Part shown: positions 33,574-36,976 of the stretch, one piece after another
Layout of the letters: each line of letters opens with the position of its first letter
Numbering within the stretch: position 1 is the stretch's first letter
From: a virus
Lineage: Duplodnaviria; Heunggongvirae; Uroviricota; Caudoviricetes
Virus record (IMG/VR): IMGVR_UViG_3300037042_007115
DNA: 36,976 bases
Reading direction: 5' to 3' (one strand)
Made by a program: the position numbers and the translations under genes
Notes under the pieces: model-generated
What the model was told of the DNA's origin: nothing
The model's input: only the letters and a program-made list of their open reading frames with translations
The model's database searches: none

Positions 33574-33858
33574 CTACCTATATACAGGAAGCCAACCGGG
33601 TTTAATCTGCGCAGAAATACGCTTCCCGGTCCGGGTACTACTACCCTCTACATATTCAGTATTCTGTGCATAACCTAGAAGCATACGAGCTGACTCTTCA
33701 GTAAACTTGAGATCACGCATTCCATCATAGTAGGCATCTACGCCCTCATTAGGTTCGTACCTAATTGAGTCTTGACGAGCTCTACGCATGATGTCTTTAA
33801 TCTCAGCCTGCAGTTCTTTTGAAATTAAAACTGTTTGTTTTACTTTCATAGCCCTCAC
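33574..33858 (-). CDS. Hypothetical protein
   Basis: GTGA coupling to upstream micro-ORF. Confidence 0.6.
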   Translation of the reverse strand: MRAMKVKQTVLISKELQAEIKDIMRRARQDSIRYEPNEGVDAYYDGMRDLKFTEESARMLLGYAQNTEYVEGSSTRTGKRISAQIKPGWLPVYR

Positions 33859-33920
33859 CCATATTCTATCTTGTGATTATACCGGTCATACCACTTACCA
33901 CTAGTAAGAAGCTTGGCCAT
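33855..33920 (-). CDS. 21-aa micro-ORF MAKLLTSGKWYDRYNHKIEYG (not in ORF track)
   Basis: GGTGAGGT SD; fills gap; stop overlaps next GTG. Confidence 0.55.
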   Translation of the reverse strand: MAKLLTSGKWYDRYNHKIEYG

Positions 33921-33942
33921 TTAACCTCACCGGCCAAGCTTC
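33908..33942. repeat. Perfect 11-bp inverted repeat with 13-nt loop
   Basis: gaagcttggcc (33908-33918) / ggccaagcttc (33932-33942); minus-strand loop GGTGAGGTTAAAT holds the stop codon, SD and AT of the ATG. Confidence 0.9.
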
Positions 33943-34235
33943 CAGTAGGACTGATTACCATGGGTCCTTTGACGGCTATCTTCACGACGGAATTCCTGAG
34001 AAATCCTGGACCAGTCTTGACGCTCCTTGGTGTTTTTAAATTGTTTCGGCCGGAAATAGATACTATACATCTTAGTCTCTTTTCCTGTCGGCCTATGAAC
34101 TATGACCTCAGACACAAGGACATGCCGGTGGTGCGGTGAGCCCTTCTCCATTCTTGCCATCTCATGCTCAGCAGCTGACTTAGTATCCTCAGCCCAGGCG
34201 CGACGATACCACAAACCCTTAATTTTTCTTCCCAT
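33927..34235 (-). CDS. Basic hypothetical protein
   Basis: GGTGA SD; operon-packed. Confidence 0.6.
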   Translation of the reverse strand: MGRKIKGLWYRRAWAEDTKSAAEHEMARMEKGSPHHRHVLVSEVIVHRPTGKETKMYSIYFRPKQFKNTKERQDWSRISQEFRREDSRQRTHGNQSYWKLGR

Positions 34236-34236
34236 T

Positions 34237-34602
34237 TTACATCACCTTTTTGTAGTCTTGGTGGGCTTTGATAAGAGCAACAAAGGCTCCTCTGGCAGTA
34301 CCGAACTGGTCAGTGAAGTCTGAATTAAGAACATCAAAACCTCTAGTCCCGTATACGGTCCAAACATCTTTGCCTGTCCGCTCTACAAAGTCAACCTTCA
34401 CCTTACCGATAAGTTTCCCTGATCGGTCTACCAAGTGCCACTTAAACACATCCTTGGGAACAATTATGCCCCGGTACAAATGTGTGTCACCATGGGTAAT
34501 TTTGTAGGTCCCACGTTTAAGTAGGGGTAGATCACCCTTGAGGAACTTAATTTTTTCCTCAAACTCTGGATTAAACCCGAGTTCTTCTGTAAGTTTACTC
34601 AT
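34237..34602 (-). CDS. Hypothetical protein
   Basis: GGAG SD; TTTTAAGT TATA at about 34663-34670. Confidence 0.65.
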   Translation of the reverse strand: MSKLTEELGFNPEFEEKIKFLKGDLPLLKRGTYKITHGDTHLYRGIIVPKDVFKWHLVDRSGKLIGKVKVDFVERTGKDVWTVYGTRGFDVLNSDFTDQFGTARGAFVALIKAHQDYKKVM

Positions 34603-34678
34603 CCATACACTCCTTCACCACGTCTTGTGGCTATTCCCATCTCTGGAACTTAACCGGATTTAACTTAAAAAGAATGGG

Positions 34679-35155
34679 TTAATCTTCTGCAAACTGCCGG
34701 ATTAATACTTTATCATACTTGGCCAGCTTACCGGTATAAGCAATGCCCACTGTGCCCACATCTGTCTCTATGAAAGCAACGGCTATTTTACCTGAGAACA
34801 ACAGTTTCCAGGCTTTTTTAACTGCTGCCTTTGAGCCATACTCGGTGATAAGTTGAAGAGCATAGATAGTAGCAGAAGTTACTATCATATTAGGTAAACC
34901 ATTACGGAAATCTTTTGCTGCCTGCCGGAATAGGTGTAGATCGTTCTCAAATTCCTTAAGAGCCAAAGAAGTTGGATCTTGTTTAGCTGGTGCTTTCCCT
35001 ATGGGCTTCCAGATATAATACTGCCCCATCTTGCCTTTCTGAACAATAGTTTTCTGCCCTGGATAAAGTCTAATGGCTTCCCGCTCCATGCTAGCTTTAT
35101 TTGACCCAGAGACTATGCCATCTTCATAGAGGGTATCACCAATAACTTTTCTCAC
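34679..35155 (-). CDS. Hypothetical protein
   Basis: GTGA overlap. Confidence 0.6.
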   Translation of the reverse strand: MRKVIGDTLYEDGIVSGSNKASMEREAIRLYPGQKTIVQKGKMGQYYIWKPIGKAPAKQDPTSLALKEFENDLHLFRQAAKDFRNGLPNMIVTSATIYALQLITEYGSKAAVKKAWKLLFSGKIAVAFIETDVGTVGIAYTGKLAKYDKVLIRQFAED

Positions 35156-35481
35156 TCTTCACGCCTCCAGGGTTGCCACTTTTCCATCTTCACTTTGGTA
35201 ATTACCAAGAAGTGTCCATCTTCATTAGGTAAAGCATATGTGAATTTAAAGACCTTGTCCTTCCGTGTTTTACGTTTTTCAATGCGTTCTTCCATCTTAG
35301 ATGCTTCTATATAATGTGCATCATAGAAACCAAGAACCTTTACTTTACCTTTCAGTATTTTCTCAACGGCTTTAAGGCGAGCCTTTTCTGGGTCTGCATA
35401 GAATCCAAACCCATCCTCTTTAGCCTCAAGCAAATCTAAGAACATTCTGTAGTGTATATCACTTAATTTTTCTGGAATCAT
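35152..35481 (-). CDS. Hypothetical protein
   Basis: GGAGGT SD. Confidence 0.65.
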   Translation of the reverse strand: MIPEKLSDIHYRMFLDLLEAKEDGFGFYADPEKARLKAVEKILKGKVKVLGFYDAHYIEASKMEERIEKRKTRKDKVFKFTYALPNEDGHFLVITKVKMEKWQPWRREE

Positions 35482-35483
35482 AT

Positions 35484-35741
35484 TTACCTCCTACTTAGTG
35501 GTTTGTAGTGCCTAAACTGCGGAGCATTAATTGCTGAGATAGGGCACCACCACTTCTTTGTGCCTCTGACATTCCTAAGCTGCATATGCCAGCCAGTCTC
35601 GCCATTGCGGTTCTTCTGTCCATAAGATAAAGCCAAAACTTCATAAGTTACTTGTTTGTCTTTCTTACCTTTAATCGTCCAAGGAGTTTGTGGAGTATAT
35701 TCTACCAAATCACCTACTCTAACAGTAATGGGCTTGGTCAT
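35484..35741 (-). CDS. Small basic beta-rich protein, possibly SH3-like
   Basis: VRVGDLVEY...YEVLA pattern; ATGA overlap. Confidence 0.55.
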   Translation of the reverse strand: MTKPITVRVGDLVEYTPQTPWTIKGKKDKQVTYEVLALSYGQKNRNGETGWHMQLRNVRGTKKWWCPISAINAPQFRHYKPLSRR

Positions 35742-36049
35742 TTAATCCACCCCTTCTTTCTCCACTCTTTCCTAACACTAGATACTGATTTAAGAGAGTC
35801 TTTAGCCATAGCTTTTATCTTAATAAGTGAATTAATACGAAGTCCATGCCTCTCTTCACCTACTAACTGTAAATAAAACTCCTCATACCCTTCATTAGGC
35901 ACACCATGAGCGAGCTCGGTAAGTTCTACTAAATCTGATAAGAGATTCCGAGCCACTGCTGCATCTTTAGCCCCAGCAAGTGCCCGAAGTAACTCAATTT
36001 CTCTAGCCCGGTCCTTGGGCTTAACCGTAACAACACCTACAAAAGTCAT
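35738..36049 (-). CDS. Hypothetical helical protein
   Basis: GGAGG SD. Confidence 0.6.
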   Translation of the reverse strand: MTFVGVVTVKPKDRAREIELLRALAGAKDAAVARNLLSDLVELTELAHGVPNEGYEEFYLQLVGEERHGLRINSLIKIKAMAKDSLKSVSSVRKEWRKKGWIK

Positions 36050-36050
36050 A

Positions 36051-36536
36051 TTACTTTCCCTCCTCTCTTAACTTCTTATACTGAGCTTCTTTCCACATTA
36101 CGAGTTCAATCTTAGGACGGATAATACAACCTGCTGCTTCGAACTCTTTGGGGTGTTCTTTAAATAAGTGCTCAGCCATATGTGTGCATCCAGCAGTCTC
36201 TGGCCTTCCCCACTCTTGCCACTGATATGTCTTACCACAGACTTTACAGGTAAGTTTGCCCCCTTGAGCATCTGGATAATATTTAGTAGGGCAACCAAAA
36301 AAACTAAAAGTAAGGTACTTGGGCAAAAGAGATAATACTTCATCTTGACGTGAGCGATATTTTACCATGATAGCCTCATTCCTTTTATCTTGTTCATCCC
36401 ACTCCTGCCTCTCTATTCTACGGGCTTCTGTAGGGTTTGTGGCCCACAATTTCCGACGGTCTCTACGAAACTTTCTTTCAGCACGTAATTCCTCTTCGGT
36501 TTTAGGTGGAAGATACTTACTGCGCCTAGTACCCAT
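36051..36536 (-). CDS. Arg-rich N-terminus plus C2H2-type zinc finger protein (start re-assigned to MGTRRS)
   Basis: ELRAERKFRRDRRK; CKVCGK...HMAEHLFKEH; TTATAAAT TATA at 36610-36603. Confidence 0.65.
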   Translation of the reverse strand: MGTRRSKYLPPKTEEELRAERKFRRDRRKLWATNPTEARRIERQEWDEQDKRNEAIMVKYRSRQDEVLSLLPKYLTFSFFGCPTKYYPDAQGGKLTCKVCGKTYQWQEWGRPETAGCTHMAEHLFKEHPKEFEAAGCIIRPKIELVMWKEAQYKKLREEGK

Positions 36537-36849
36537 GATAAACCCACCAAACCTGCTGATTAACAAATCGCATTAAAGAAACCATGGTAAATAAATAATA
36601 TTATTTATAATTCCTTATTAACTTTGCTCTGACAAATTCCCCAAGAAGTAAAACGCGGAAAAAATTTAACCAAACTAAGCAAAGAATCTTTTTCATAGAT
36701 TAAATTAAGAGAAATTCTATCTTGTCTATAATGAATTTACTCGGGGTTTTTAACGGCGTAAAACTGTCGTAAAATTTTCAATTTTTCCCAATACTCTAAA
36801 TTAAAAATCTATAACTTACTTTGGCCAGACGCTGAAAAAATTAAACTCT

Positions 36850-36976
36850 TGACTGACTTTAGATATTCCATACTTAATGCAGGGCAGTTTGTGTCATAAA
36901 TTTGCAAATTTTTTAATTACTCAAGAGGCATAGAAAAAAACCCTTGACTAACCCCTGACTGACTTTAGATATTCCA
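36850..36976. repeat. 21-bp direct repeat, two copies (second runs to window edge)
   Basis: tgactgactttagatattcca at 36850-36870 and 36956-36976. Confidence 0.9.

Noticed and set aside
2592-36536. Plus-strand and alternative-frame ORFs overlapping minus-strand genes (e.g. 8551-8970, 19237-19728, 19383-19724, 23157-23642, 31776-32117)
   Set aside because: They are shadows of SD-supported, coupled genes and show no motifs of their own.
36850-36976. CRISPR array
   Set aside because: Only two copies, 21 bp long with an 85-bp gap, and no cas genes; does not fit repeat-spacer geometry within the window.
1-36976. Stop-codon recoding (TAG read as pyrrolysine or Gln)
   Set aside because: TAG stops coincide with coupled downstream starts (e.g. 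7205, 8266), and known enzymes are full length under the standard code.

Overview
A gene-dense 37-kb segment of what is most likely a large archaeal virus or other extrachromosomal element. Support: archaeal BRE/TATA promoters, GGTGA/GAGGT Shine-Dalgarno sites, oligo-T terminators, and about 90 mostly small, translationally coupled ORFs, all on the minus strand after position 2.6 kb. An S-layer-like glycoprotein gene and a presenilin homologue suggest a Methanomicrobiales-like host (inference). No capsid, terminase or replicative polymerase genes are visible. Recognisable products: ATP-dependent DNA ligase, minimal nucleotidyltransferase, short tyrosine recombinase, S-layer-like protein, two paralogous SAM methyltransferases bracketing two paralogous Tyw3-like (SCxGH) proteins, SpoIIM-family membrane protein, GxGD presenilin-type protease, histone-H1-like basic protein, pyrimidine-dimer glycosylase-like protein, ankyrin-like protein, metallophosphoesterase and Rnl2-type RNA ligase. 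The most unusual signals are: (1) an RNA operon at 27.6-28.1 kb with a candidate structured ncRNA with switch potential, tRNA-Pro(UGG), and a 63-nt tRNA-like gene with intact acceptor, D and T arms but no anticodon arm, about 2 kb from an RNA-repair gene pair; (2) an Arg-rich helical tag shared by at least seven unrelated proteins; (3) the duplicated methyltransferase/Tyw3-like cassette; (4) a 28-bp dif-like inverted repeat; (5) several coupled micro-ORFs missed by the ORF track. All family calls come from motif recognition by eye; no database searches were run.
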